Shown piece after piece: positions 25,879-38,340 of a DNA stretch of 64,000 bases; position 1 is the first letter of the stretch; each line of letters opens with the position of its first letter. Location of the stretch: NCBI GenBank assembly GCA_001179505.1, contig CDMY01000989.1:124001-188000 (forward strand), given 5' to 3'. Source of the DNA: Vitrella brassicaformis CCMP3155. Lineage: Eukaryota; Protista; Chromerida. Below the pieces are notes generated by a model. The model was not told the origin of the DNA, made no database searches, and saw only the letters and a program-made list of their open reading frames with translations. The position numbers and the translations under genes were made by a program.

Positions 25879-27104
25879 CTGACTGAGCTGCGCGGTTTAT
25901 CGACCAGACAGACAGACAGACAGACGTCCGTGAGTGGGTGAGTGAGGGTTGGGTGGTCTGCGAATGAAGCTAGCTAACACATTTTTCATATGGCCGCCGG
26001 CGGGGCGGTGGTGCGTGAGCTGCATCGAGGCGAATGAATCGAATCAATCAATCAATTGATGGTGGAGATCCTACACATATACACATACATATACATGAGG
26101 TCGCCTCTCACGGCATTGGGGTGAGAGCTTTATGACCTGCCTGCCTGCCTGCCTCCGTGCCTGCCTGTCTTATGTGTGAATGCATTGGCCCCAATGCATG
26201 TCTGTCTTCCGTGTCTTGGTTCTGTGACGGCTGGCCGGCCGCCTGGCCAGCCGGAAGGTTTACAGAGAGATGAGAGAGAGATGATGCATGGCTGGCGGCA
26301 AGAGAGTGAGGGATGGGACGTACTGTCAATCAAGTGAGGCCAGGAACTCACAGTTTTGCTTGAGAGATTGTGCCATCAGATCAGATGTGTGTGTTGACTG
26401 GGTGGGTGGGTATGTGCCTGCGAGCTGAGTGATGGATGCGATGTGTGGCCGAGTGAGTGAGTGAGTGAGTGGACATCGGCCGGCCACTCGGCCACCCAAG
26501 CATCACTCCGCTTGGGTACACCCAACTAAGCCAAGGCACAGGCGGGGAAGGCGACGCAGACGGGCCAAGATGTGGACACACAACACATTCATGCTCTCAG
26601 TCGTGACTTCCAATTTCGGTCAGCGAATGGCAGAGTTAGTGCGCGGATGAGTTGCACGGGCGATGGGGAGAAGCCTTCTCCCCTCCCCCTCCCCCTCTCA
26701 GTACTTTCTGGCATCGCCGCATTCCTGCTCGTATCCTGAACTGCTCCCCCGAGCGTTGACTGCCGAGCCTCTCTCTTCTCTCTCGTGACATCGGTGTGAC
26801 GTGACCGTGCGGCAGTGTCGTCGCCCTAGTTGGGTTGGACCTTGCGGCAGTGTGAGGCGGGTGGTCATATATCGAGCGATATATATGGCAGGCGACGACG
26901 AGCTGCAGGACGTCAAGATCCAGGACAACTCACCACCCAATGACAAGAACGAGGACGAGGACAACCAGGAGCACTCGGAGCCTGATACTACTGCGTCTGA
27001 TACCGGTATGTAAGCACAAACAGCACACTCACCACTGTCAATATGATTCACTCGATGTGATGCTGTCTAATTGACGCAGATGCTCTGATTGAAGACAGTG
27101 ACAG

Positions 27105-27749
27105 CTCTGTGGGGCGACTTTAAGTTACCCCTATGGCGTGTCGTGGTACACCATCATCGTCAGCCTGGCCTTGCTCGGCCCCTTCGCAGTAGTCCTCGTT
27201 CGGGCTTCCGTCGACAAGCACTTCGCCGACTCGTTCCCCAACTACCGCATCGACGGCATCTTCGTCCCCCACTGGATCCTCTTCCCTGTAGGTGCGGTCT
27301 TGTCCGTGATTTGCTTTGGCCACTTCGTGATGATGCTGTACGTCAAGCTGGTCGTCCGGCCATCCCTTCTGCTGCGGCCGACGTACGTGGCCGTGCCAGC
27401 TCCTTTTGAGTCATACCTGCCATGGCACTTCACCGTCACCGGCCGCGTGCGGACGGTGCACTTCTCGTCCGTCACCAGTGTGAGACTCATGGAGCGGCGA
27501 TCGCGAAGGAGGTGCACCGAGACAAAGTACCGGTACATTGAGCTCACCTTTCGGCGCATTGAGCTCGTCCCACCCCCTTGGTGGGACTCAGCAGCGCAGG
27601 GGCGTGTCGAGATCCATGCGATGCTGCTGCCGAGGGGGGACAAGGATCTTGACGAGGCGTGGAGGTTCGTGGAGGCTAAGACTAGGCCTTATCTGCAGCA
27701 GAGGGCGGCCACACAGGCAATCAGCCAGGCAATCGGCCGGCCTGCATAG
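27105..27749 (+). CDS. Hypothetical membrane protein (two predicted TM helices). An acidic exon at ~26885-27005 may belong to it.
   Basis: WYTIIVSLALLGPFAVVLV and WILFPVGAVLSVICFGHFVMML are hydrophobic. I could not resolve the splice phase to the upstream acidic exon. Confidence 0.55.
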   Translation, partial: LCGATLSYPYGVSWYTIIVSLALLGPFAVVLVRASVDKHFADSFPNYRIDGIFVPHWILFPVGAVLSVICFGHFVMMLYVKLVVRPSLLLRPTYVAVPAPFESYLPWHFTVTGRVRTVHFSSVTSVRLMERRSRRRCTETKYRYIELTFRRIELVPPPWWDSAAQGRVEIHAMLLPRGDKDLDEAWRFVEAKTRPYLQQRAATQAISQAIGRPA

Positions 27750-28427
27750 ATAGCCTGGGTGTCTTAATCGTGTTTCATTACTCTTCCTTACTGAATGTGT
27801 GAGTGCTTGGCTGGTGCGTTTCGCTGTGTGGATAGTACAATTCACACACACATACGCACTTACACGCCAGCCATCCACTCGTTTGTGGCGCTGATCTCCC
27901 TCCGTCTGTCAGTTTCTCTCTGTCTGCGTCTGTCTGTCTGTCCACCCCATGGGCAATCAATAGGTGATTGCCCTCGGCTTGCCTGCTGTGCGTAGGTCGT
28001 GCAGGCAGGCAGGCAGGGAGGCAGGCACCTTAGACAGGCGTGTATGTGTGCGTGTAGTCTTATCCGTGTGTGCGTCTGTGACCCATAGTGAGTTTGGTGG
28101 TTGTGCTGTGATCGATGGACCACGGTTCGATGTGCGCATATATATAAGGAATTCAATGTTCGATTCTGTGGTCCTGGGCCCAACACCCACCCACCCACAT
28201 CGCGTATGCGATGCATCTCACATCTGAAGTAAGTAAACACACACACACATCAAGTCCCAGCCAGAGATATATGCGACACACGCACATCACACACACAGAC
28301 CAGTACATAGAATAGACGACCTATACAAAAAAACTAATCAAACGCAGTCAGTCTGCCTGTCTGCCCAGTCAGTCACAGGTGGGCCCTCGCCACGACTGTC
28401 TGCTCCACACAATAAGTATATACTATG

Positions 28428-29954
28428 TCACTTGGCCGGGGCCCCCTTGGCCATTTTCTTCTTCTCCACTCGCTGCTGCGCCCGCCGGCTGGCCCGACTG
28501 CCGCCAGATGACGCAGACCCAGCACACACGGAGGCGGACGCCTTGGAAGCGACGGCACTGACTAGCCGCACCACCTGCAGACAGACAGACAGACAGACAG
28601 ATGGGTGAGTGAGTGAGTCGGTTTTGGTATCGCTCACGGGGTGGTCGTCGTCGTCTGTCGTGTACCACAGGTGACCGGCATCCATCAGCCGCTTCAGACG
28701 CTGGAAGCAGTCCAGCTGTGGCCACGCACCGCACGCCACACAGACAGACAGACAGGCAGACAGGAAGGAAGGAGGAGCGCCGTGTGCAGATGATCCCTGT
28801 AATAGCCCATGGCTGTACTTACCTGTGCGATGCGGTCGGCCATGAGGTTGCTGTGGGTCTTGCCAGCGGAAACCTGCTCGTCGCCATACCTGCACACACA
28901 GACACATGGAGAGAGAGTTGGCAGACAAACACGTCCCGCACACGCCCACAACCGCACCCACGCACTCATTCGTCGGTTGGTTCGTTCCCTCACACACACT
29001 TACTTGACGATTTCCACGAGGATTTCCGCCGCCATGTCGCGGTATTCTTCCTCGCGCATCGTCACCTCCCCAGTGACGAAGCCCACCAGCGTCTGGCACA
29101 CGGCGGCGGGGAGGGCCTCATACTCGGCCAACTGCACACACACACAGGCACACAGCCATCCCGTATCGTGGCCAGCAGGTGTGTTGGATTCAACCTTGCC
29201 TTGTGGGTGTGTTGGCGCGAAATGAGCCATATGGTTTCGATGCAGCGGCGGGCCACCATACCCTTGACGTAGTCGACAGGCATGCCGCGCAGCCCCCGCA
29301 CGTCCCACTCGTTGCGTCCCAGCTGCCCGTCTGAGTCGCACATGCGCCGCAGCAGCACCGGCACAACACCGTGGTCCAGAAGCGCCGACAGATGACCTCC
29401 ACCTGCATGTCAGTCCAACACACACACACACACACACACACAGGTGTGTTGTTTGAGCCTCCCTCCCCCTCTCCCTCCCTCTCTCCCTCCCTCTCTCCCT
29501 CCCTCTCTCAATGAATTCAATTGTGGAGGTGGCGCGCACGTGCGAGAGCGCGCGGGACGTTGACGGCCATGCTCATGTTGACGTAGCCCCAGCCGATGTT
29601 CTTGGCCCCCATGGCAGACACCAGACCCGCCATGGCCTCGGCCCTCGGCAGATGCTCAAACAACGGACCCAACACTGCACACGCACAGACAAACACACAC
29701 GCACGCACAGCTGTCCGTTCTCTGTCATGTACCTACCTACCGACCTTGTTTGCCCTTGTCCTCGTCGCCCTCGTAGACTACTTGCATGGTGAGCATGCGC
29801 CCCAGCACATACACCGCCGCCCACTGGGCAACCGGAGTGCTGCCAGGGGACGCCAGCACGGACACCAGCGGCTCCATGTGCGGCCTCACACGCGCCTTGA
29901 AGGCATCCACACGCAGCTTCTCCGATACCTCCTCTTTGCAAGCCACCACACACA

Positions 29955-29997
<43 letters not shown>

Positions 29998-30953
29998 GTC
30001 GCAGTGTGACAGGCAGCACACAGTGGGGTCCGGGGGCCGTCACCTTTGCTTACCCGACTCGTCTGCTCGTCGACTGACCTCTGCATTAGCAAGCAGACGG
30101 AATGCCATCCATTAAAGGGGCCGAGCCCGGACTCCCACCCACCCATACACACACCTGTGAGCCTGGCGAAGCTTTGAATGGACTCCAGGAGGCCGGCGAT
30201 CCTGTTGGCTCTCCTCTTCTCGTCCACTCCCCCCTCCATCTGCTTGTCGCTCAAGATCACGCTTGTCGCCTCCCCGAACAGCCGATACCGCTCAGCAAGG
30301 CACGGCCTATCGCGCCGGGCCTGCGTCAGGAGGTCGATGGCGGAGTCAGCCAGCTCGATGTGCTCGGGCGTCATGGCCGCGACGGCAGCACGCGCTAGGA
30401 GGTCGCCGTGGCTTTCTGTGATGGCCTCGCGGACGGCCGTGGCTTTCTCGTCCGGGGCCGAGCCCACCGAGTTGTGGTCTCGCATCGCCCCGCTCAGCAT
30501 GCTGAACAGACCCATCTCGATGAAGGGGCGGTCCGCACTCGGCGCTGCGGGGATGGCCTCCTTAAGGCGGCCCACCTCCCCCAACAGCAGCTGCTGGCCG
30601 GCCCCGCCCGCCAAGAGGTCGCAATGGATCTCCGACATGGCCGCCATGACCATCGCTGACCGGCGGGCGAGCAATCGCTTCTGGGGGTCGGCCGACGTGT
30701 TGCACATGGAATGCACCAGGCTGCTGCGGAGGCCCTGGCCGACAGCGTCTGCTTGCATGGCCTTGAGGCTGTCCCGCACCGCTTCGTTCTTGGACCCGCC
30801 CGCCTTGTTGAGGTGACTGAGCAGCCGATGCAGCTCACGGAGGTGCTGGCACCGCACGGCCGCGCCATGATGCGACGATTGGAAACCTCCCGCGGCGGCG
30901 AGAAGATCCAAGAGGGGAACACCGTGAGGCGTGCTGATGTGACGGTCGGACAC
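28428..30953 (-). CDS. Hypothetical alpha-helical (ARM/HEAT-like) protein, multi-exon
   Basis: A long first exon (MSDRHISTPHGVPLLDLL...) and later exons such as PHMEPLVSVLASPGSTPVAQWAAVYVLGRM, LLDHGVVPVLLRRM and YRDMAAEILVEIVK resemble helical solenoid repeats. The family call is inference. Confidence 0.55.
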
Positions 30954-31316
30954 GACGAAAATGGCTGCTTGGAGGAGGCTTAACGACGAGATCTGGATGG
31001 TTGGTTATGGGCTAGAGAATGGAGAGAGCGGTTTCACAGACCGAAGCTGCGAGCTTTCCGATTTCTTGAGCAATGTGTGAATCGTAGTGAATTGAAGGCT
31101 GATCTCAGGCTGAGGAGGTCAGCTATCAACAATTCCACCACCATGATTATTGTATCTCATCATCTATGTCGTTCCGTGCAGGTCGGCGGAGGGCGTGTGT
31201 GGTTGTACGCATGGATGGCCACACCCCTAGCAGGAGGGCCAGCCGCAGCCCCTCGCCTCCTCTGGTCGATCCATCGCAGCAGCCATGGAGTGATATAATG
31301 AAGGGCGTCGAAGGAG

Positions 31317-34300
31317 TTGCTGGAACTCATCTCGCCAGAGCAACTACAGGAGTTGTACGCAGATGAGATCGGCACCGACCCAGCAGCCGACGAATTCGAA
31401 GCGCCGCAACAGAGTCGCCAATCGGCCTGTATACGCCTCCAGGGGTCAATGGCATCAGCGTCACAGAGCGACGCGCACCCTGACCGTGGCTCGACAGCAT
31501 CTCACGAGGCTTCGCCACCACCTCTCCGACCGCCACCGCCACCGCCAGTCATCGAACGCTCCCCGTCCAGTGCAGCATCCCCGCTCGACTCACAGCCACT
31601 CCCCTGGCGAGTCAAGCAGGCGGCGCACAAGGCCAAGACCATCATAAAAACGGCCAAGAAGGCACTGGCGAGGGCGGGTCATCTTGGTCAAGAAGGCGTC
31701 TGCAGACGGCGGGCAGATCGACACCATCGGCTTTGGGTATGACCTTGCCGGCCTCCAGCACACCCAGTGGGCCGCTGACACGACTGAAGCGGCGCTGGAC
31801 GAGGCGATGGTGGCGGGGAAGGGCTTCATCGACGTCATCGCCGCCACACCTCAGTGGGCCAGGGCGACACAGAAGCATCCCTCTGACCCCAAGTCGGGCT
31901 GCAAACATATTCAGAAATTTGTGGGCGGCATCCACAGTGAGTTCAGCACAACCAACCGCCACAAAGCCTTCAATGCCTTCGTATCGCGTCATGTCGTTCG
32001 TGTGTGTCGTGGTATGCAGTGAAGGCCGACCAAGTCCGCAGCTGTCCCGCTTATCTCGCCCGCTTCTCGACCTCACCATCACCGTCCTCACCACCCACCA
32101 GCAGCCCTTCTGTACCCCTGCATGCCGCTGTCCAGTTGGTGCTGGAGGTGGTGTTTCGGCACAAGCAAAGCCTACGCGACCGCCAGCTGAGCAGCGGCGA
32201 GATCTATCCACAACTACCGACAGAGGCACGGTTCGCCATGCTTCAGCTGAAGGCGGCGTCGGAGGCCACAGGGGGCAGTGGGCGAGTTGGGATTACCCTC
32301 GAGCGGCACGCCGACTTTGGTTCGGCGGACTTGGTGTGCGTGTGGGCCGCGTCGCTGGCTCTGGAGGAGATACACGAGGCCGTCAGGTACATGGCGGCGA
32401 TAGTCCTGTGGGGGCTCGAGCCCACAGATGTGCGGGCGGTGCATAGGGAGGTGTTCGTGGAGGCTCTCCGTGCCTCCTCGGACGCCCTTGGCCTTGACGA
32501 TAGCCAGGTCAGGGAAGCGAGCACACCTCTCCTCACCTCTCCTCAAGATGTGCCTTCCTATCTGTCCGTCTGTCTGTGTGCTCGTCAGGTCGGTGAGTTG
32601 GTGGATGCCGATGGATCGGAGAACGACGAAAGCAACAGCGAGACAGACAGCCCCCATGCAGGTGGAGATTGGGCCGCCAGGGTGTGTTCGCCCTACAACT
32701 GCCTGCCTCCCGACGTCCATCACTCGTCAACGACAATGGCTGTCGACGAGCCGCCCGCCAAGCCGCCGTTGGCTTCGGAGGAGGTACTTCAGGCGCTCCG
32801 GGAGGAGGGGATGACGATTGGCGTGGTGAGGCGGCCAGGGGCTCACGGCTTTGTGTATGACCTTGCCGGCCTCCAACACACACAGTGGGCCGCTGACGCG
32901 ACTGATGCGGCGCTGGACGAGGCGATGGTGACCGCCGACAGTATTGATAGTGCGGCCACGGCAGCCGTTGGCACGGACTTCGTGCGAGGCATCATACTCT
33001 CACCCCAGTGGGCGAGGATGACAAAGCAGCACTCACCTCCCCCCAGACCGAGCGACAAGAAGATGCGGCAGTACATGGACAACGTACACGGTGAGTGAGA
33101 GCCTTCACACGACTGTATGTATCTTTGGATGGATGAACGTCATCATCAAAGTTTACGTGTATGTTTTGTATTGCCTGTCTTGTGTTGTGCAGCGAGCGCT
33201 GAGCGCGTCAAGTCGTGTCCCTGCTCTTCCTGCCACAGCAACCCCTCCGACAGCCCCACCTGTAGTCTTGACGAGGCCGTCATCTTCATGCTGGAGATGA
33301 TATCGCAGCTCAAGGAGACCCTCCGTGAGGCCGAGCACATGACGGGCGGCACCCATCATGGCCTGCCGATGGCGGCAGCCCTCAGCATCTTGCAGCTCAG
33401 GGCGGCATCGGAGGCCGTGTGTGGCCAGCCTAGCGGCAGTGGACGCGTCGGCGTGATCCTCACACCGCACCCAGCATTCGGCACGGCGAGTTTGGTCTCC
33501 GTGTGGGCGGGCTCCCTGCGCCGTGACGAGATAGCCGAGGCCATGGCCATGATGGTAGCCGGCATCTTGAGCGATGTAGAGAGGATGCGCCCGGTGATGC
33601 GGTGCATCATGAGGCAGTCCTGGCGGGCCTTCGGCGAAGCGTTCTTCCAGAGCTATGAACCGCTGGAGTTTGACATGTAAGGGATATCGTCTGAGCTCCA
33701 TGTTCTCGATGTGAATTCGGCGTCGAATGTGCTGTGTCAGACTCGACGTGAATTCAGCAGAGTGCTCAGAAGACGGTGTGCAAGGACATGTGTTGGATGC
33801 GGGTGGCCCGGGTGCGAGAGGTGACGACGTGTCTGCGGGCGGCGGCGGCTCCTCCCATCCCACTCTGCCCCCGCTGCCAGCCTCTCCGCCCCCACAGCTG
33901 CACCACACCGACCTACCGATTGGTGACCAGCTCAAGAGCGCCATCAAGGCCGCCAAGCAGCTCATACACCAGGTGCGTGGGGCTGGCGAAGTCCAGCTCG
34001 GCGTCTGCAAGAAGAGGTCACAGCCAGGCGGGCCGCTGGACTCAGTCGGCTTCACCTACGGCGACGACCCCCAGCTGGCCGTGTGGGCGCGGTCCCTCAA
34101 GTGTGCGGACGTATGCAGGGCGCTGCAGGAGGCGTGTCTGTCGCGAGACCTTCCCATCGAGATCGTCGTGTGCCGATCGGGCCTCGAACCGGCGGGAGCA
34201 CGGCGGGGTCCGGACATCGTCATCTACCGCAGACCGTCCCCAGACAATTTCATCCTCATCGTCGGCGTGGACCTATCGACAATGGCGGCATCGCGTCGGT

Positions 34301-37300
34301 CCTACTGGCTGGCTGACGAGGCATGGCAAGACGGTGACCCGGTGGAAGAAGCTGTGAGGGTGTTCCGGGCAGCTGTCGACGATTACCAGGTCGTCGTGGC
34401 CGAACCGGAGATGGCGTCGTTCCGGCAGGAGTACCCCGAGCTGGCCAACAAGCTGCGGCAGGTGTGCGTGGCGGTTGAGGGATATCCGAGTGAGTCGTCG
34501 TCACATGTCAAGGTCGGCTTTGCCGAGGCGGTACCTGTGCAGTCAACAATGTCTCTGCCGATCCCCACATTCACGCACTGCTGGGCGGAGTCCCTGCGGC
34601 CGGACGACGTCAGCGGGGCTTTTGCGGAGCTCATGGGATCCCTCTTTGGACAGCTGGCTGACCGGGGGAAGGGTGTGAGCCAAGAGACCTTCAAAAGCCT
34701 TTCGAATGGCCTCAGCCGGTTGTTGCGTCTCAAGGCCATGCCGCCCAACTCACCGTCCGCCGCTGCAGCCCCCAGCCCCCCGCATCAGCTGAGGGGGACC
34801 ACACTAGTGGGACGCGTGTCTGAGGGTGACATGCCAGCCGACGGCAGCGGTTCCTCGGTGGCAGTGGGGGGTCCGCGCGAGAGCGGGGGCGACGTGGTGG
34901 AGGGAAGCGGCAAGTCCATGCCGCCCCAAGACATCAGCATCATGCTGGGCCCGCACCCACACCCGCCCCCAGACCGCCCTCCTCTCGTCAAGCGAGAAGA
35001 CGAGGTCCTATCCATCGAGTCACGCCCACCAGCGTCGAAACATCGGCCCCAGGCAAAGGCCCCTCCCTCTGTGGAGGAGATAGACGAGCCCGACACCCCG
35101 CCCAAGCCCAACAGGCAGCCATGTGACAATTGGAAGTCACACCGTGGCTTCGTCAGACCTCCTGGGGCCAGGCTGGAGGGGCTGGGGCGCAAGGGCATGG
35201 GAGAGAGACGGCATCTGGGGTCCGACAGCGGCAGTAGGGATGGCCGTCAGCAGCAGCAGCAGCAGCAGCAAGGTGGCACCGTGGCCGCGGGCGGCATGGC
35301 AAAGCACCAGGCGGGGGACATCAGAATGGTGTGGAGGTCATGCTCGGCTTCCACCAGTGGGGCATCCACCAGCACGCCTCTCGCTAGGTCAATCGCATAG
35401 ACACCATACAACGGACATAGACGCGCCTCACTTGCTTTTTTGTCCCTTCTTTGCGTGTATACGGCGATGTTTCGCATAGTTGTGGCGTTGACGAGAGGGA
35501 TGGGCAGAAGGCCGAGGGGGTGCCACCATCCGCTGCGATGCCGTCATCGACGGCAGAGGCGGCTCGGCCGAGTGACGACCAGCCCAGCAGCATCTCTCTA
35601 CCCCATATGGCCGATCTCGAGGAGCTGCCGTCGTCCTATGAGGCTGGACCACGCTATCGAGAAGGTGAACAACAGCCGGCAGCAGCAGCAGAAGCAGAAG
35701 CAGCAGTAGCCGAGAGTAGCCCCTCATGGCAGCAAAGCGACTACAGGTCCGACACAAGATTCGCCACACACACCACATACCACGGACGGCATCATTATGG
35801 CGTGCATGCATCCTCGTGTTGCGTGTGCGTGTACGTCTTTGCAGGGATGACGAGGAGCGTGAGGCACAGGTGGCCATCTCTGCGTCGCTGCAGCAGGCGG
35901 CTGACGAGTTGGAGCAGCTCAAGGGACAGGTCGCCGCCGCAGAGGAGCAAAGGACAGGGTAACCCATAGAACAGAACAGACACGTGAATGTTATGCCATC
36001 TCCGTGAACTATGTCTCCCCGTCGTTGCCCGTCAGTTTGGAGGCTGCCTTGCGTCACGTCCAGGGGGTGGTCAGACAGATGGAGGCACAGGAGGCACAGC
36101 TCACAGATGACAACGCCAAACTGCGCGAAACCAATCCCATGTACGCAGGCGGGCAGGCAGGAAGGCATACACGTGTGGTTCTATCATTCATTTCCCGCCT
36201 GCCAGTCTGGATGAGGGCGAGCTGGCGTTGAAGGCCACAGCAGAGGATGTGCGGCGGTTCCAGGCGGCCATCGACAGTCGATGGCATGACCTGCAGGCCA
36301 TGACCACTGACGCATTCCAGCGGCTCGTCCAGCTCTCGTCACACAACACCGGCGGCGGACAGCCAGACGCTATCCCGAGCGACGAGCAGGACCTGCGCTG
36401 CACCCCACCTCCCGCCATACCACCGCCTCCGAGGAGCGACAGGTGGACGGGCCGCAGGCAGCAGACGAAGCATCTGTTATCGTAGGCGTATCTGTGTCAT
36501 CATGTGTGCAGCCCTCCACCACCTGCCGCTGCTGCCGCTGCTGCCGCTGCCGCTGCCGCTGCTGTTGCTGACCTCAACGTCACCCGTGCATCTGCGTTGG
36601 CTGCCATCCCGTCGAGCCCGAGTAAGAACAGCAATGCATCACCAGTCATTGCAACTGTCATTGTGTGTTTCCCTTCTAGTGGATCTGTTTGTAGAGGAGA
36701 AGTTGGAGGAGTGGAAGTCGATTCTGGCCGAGCAGGGCGTCAGATGGACGCACTTTGAGGCACAGACGCAGGAACTCGCCTTCGGTAGGTCAGAATATCG
36801 CATCAGCCATGCGAATATCTGCCATCGTTGCACTGTGCAGAGCTGGAGTGGTTTGAGGTGTCCATGGAGACTCGAATGAAATACAACAAAAAGGTGTGGT
36901 TGATGCGTTGCTCCTCACAAGCTACTGTTTCGTCTGTTTCCATCAGCATCTCGAGTCTCTGCAGGACGAACCAGAGGATCCTTCCACGAGTGATCTTGCT
37001 GCAGACATCGCCAAGGCACGCCAACATGTAGAGGACACCCATGCCGACATCCACAAGTACCCAAGACGGCACACACCGACCACACACGCGCATCGCATGG
37101 ATGGCATGTGTGTGTGTGCTGTGTGTGGGCGTGTGGCGTGTTCTCGTCAGGTTGATCGTAGCTGTTAGCGAGGCCGAGGCCAAGAGGGCTGCATACAGAG
37201 CCAGGCTGCAAGGCCTGATTGATGACAACGAAGAACTCATGCAACGCGATGCAGATCGGTGAGACCGATCGACCTGTCACTCGACATTTGCCTGTCTGTC

Positions 37301-37978
37301 TGCCTGGACGTCTGCCTGTCAGGTTGACCAAGGAGAAGCTTGACGGCCTCATGTCGGTTCCTGCCGCCATGCATTTCCAGCAGGCGGCCACCAGCGAGTC
37401 GACACGCCTCAAGCGGCTCCGCGACCAGTCCAACGAGCACCTCATGAACCTCGCCAATGCATCATTCCAGAAAGATGTGGAGGGCCGCATCGCCGCCATG
37501 CGCGAGGCACGAGACAAAGAGGCGGCCGAGCAGCTGCGTCAGCAGAAGGAGGCCGCAGCCAAGAGCATCGCTGACATGCAGGCACAACTTGAGGAGGAGC
37601 GGGCCAAGCGTGAGGAGGCGGACAGCAACAGCAGCAGACAGGAGGCCAAGGCCAACACGACGTGTGTGGTGTGTCTGGAGGGGCCCCCTGAGGTTATACT
37701 CATGCCATGCCGACACAAGTGCCTCTGCACCGGTACGCACGCGGGTGGGGTGGGCAGCCGGGAGAGAGAAGATAGTGAGTGGTCTGTGATTCTCTCTCTC
37801 TGAATCACAGACCACTCACTATCTTCTCTCTGTGTGTGTGTGTGTGTGTAAAGGGTGTTTTGAGCGCATGAAGAAGGAGCACGTCAGCAAGAAGCTGCCG
37901 TGTCCCATCTGTCGAAAGCCGTGCATCAAGCAGCACTCGGGCGTGGTGTACGAGCAGGGGTGGCACCCAGACGACTGA
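31317..37978 (+). CDS. Large multi-exon protein: repeated uncharacterised domain, disordered region, coiled coil, C-terminal C3HC4 RING finger. One apparent frameshift near 31670-31705.
   Basis: In-phase GT-AG joins were checked at GGIH/MKAD, DNVH/ASAE, LEFD/ILDV and 35388-35479. RING: CVVCLEGPPEVILMPCRHKCLCT/GCFERM..CPICRKP. Stop at 37976-37978. Could alternatively be two genes split near 35400. Confidence 0.65.
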
Positions 37979-38340
37979 GTGATGAGATCACACCACCTCC
38001 TGGCAGCCAGCCATTGCCCAGACAGACGGACAGGCAGACAGAGAGGCAGGCAGACAGGTAGCTGCACCATTGTGAAAGGAACCGCTAGGTGCTAGCTGAT
38101 GGAGGGAGGGGTGTATGTGCATATATGTCATATGCATGCGTATCGACCGAGTATCTGTACATATGTATACGTAGGACACGCTGGCTGTGAGTAGGCGACA
38201 TCTTCATGCATTAATGCATCGTTGGTGTCGCTCACACACTTTAGAATACAGGCAGGGACGCACGCGCGGCGCATGAATATGCAGATCCGCCCACCCACCC
38301 ACCCACACACCCAGCCAGACCAACAAGGCCAGTAAGTGAG

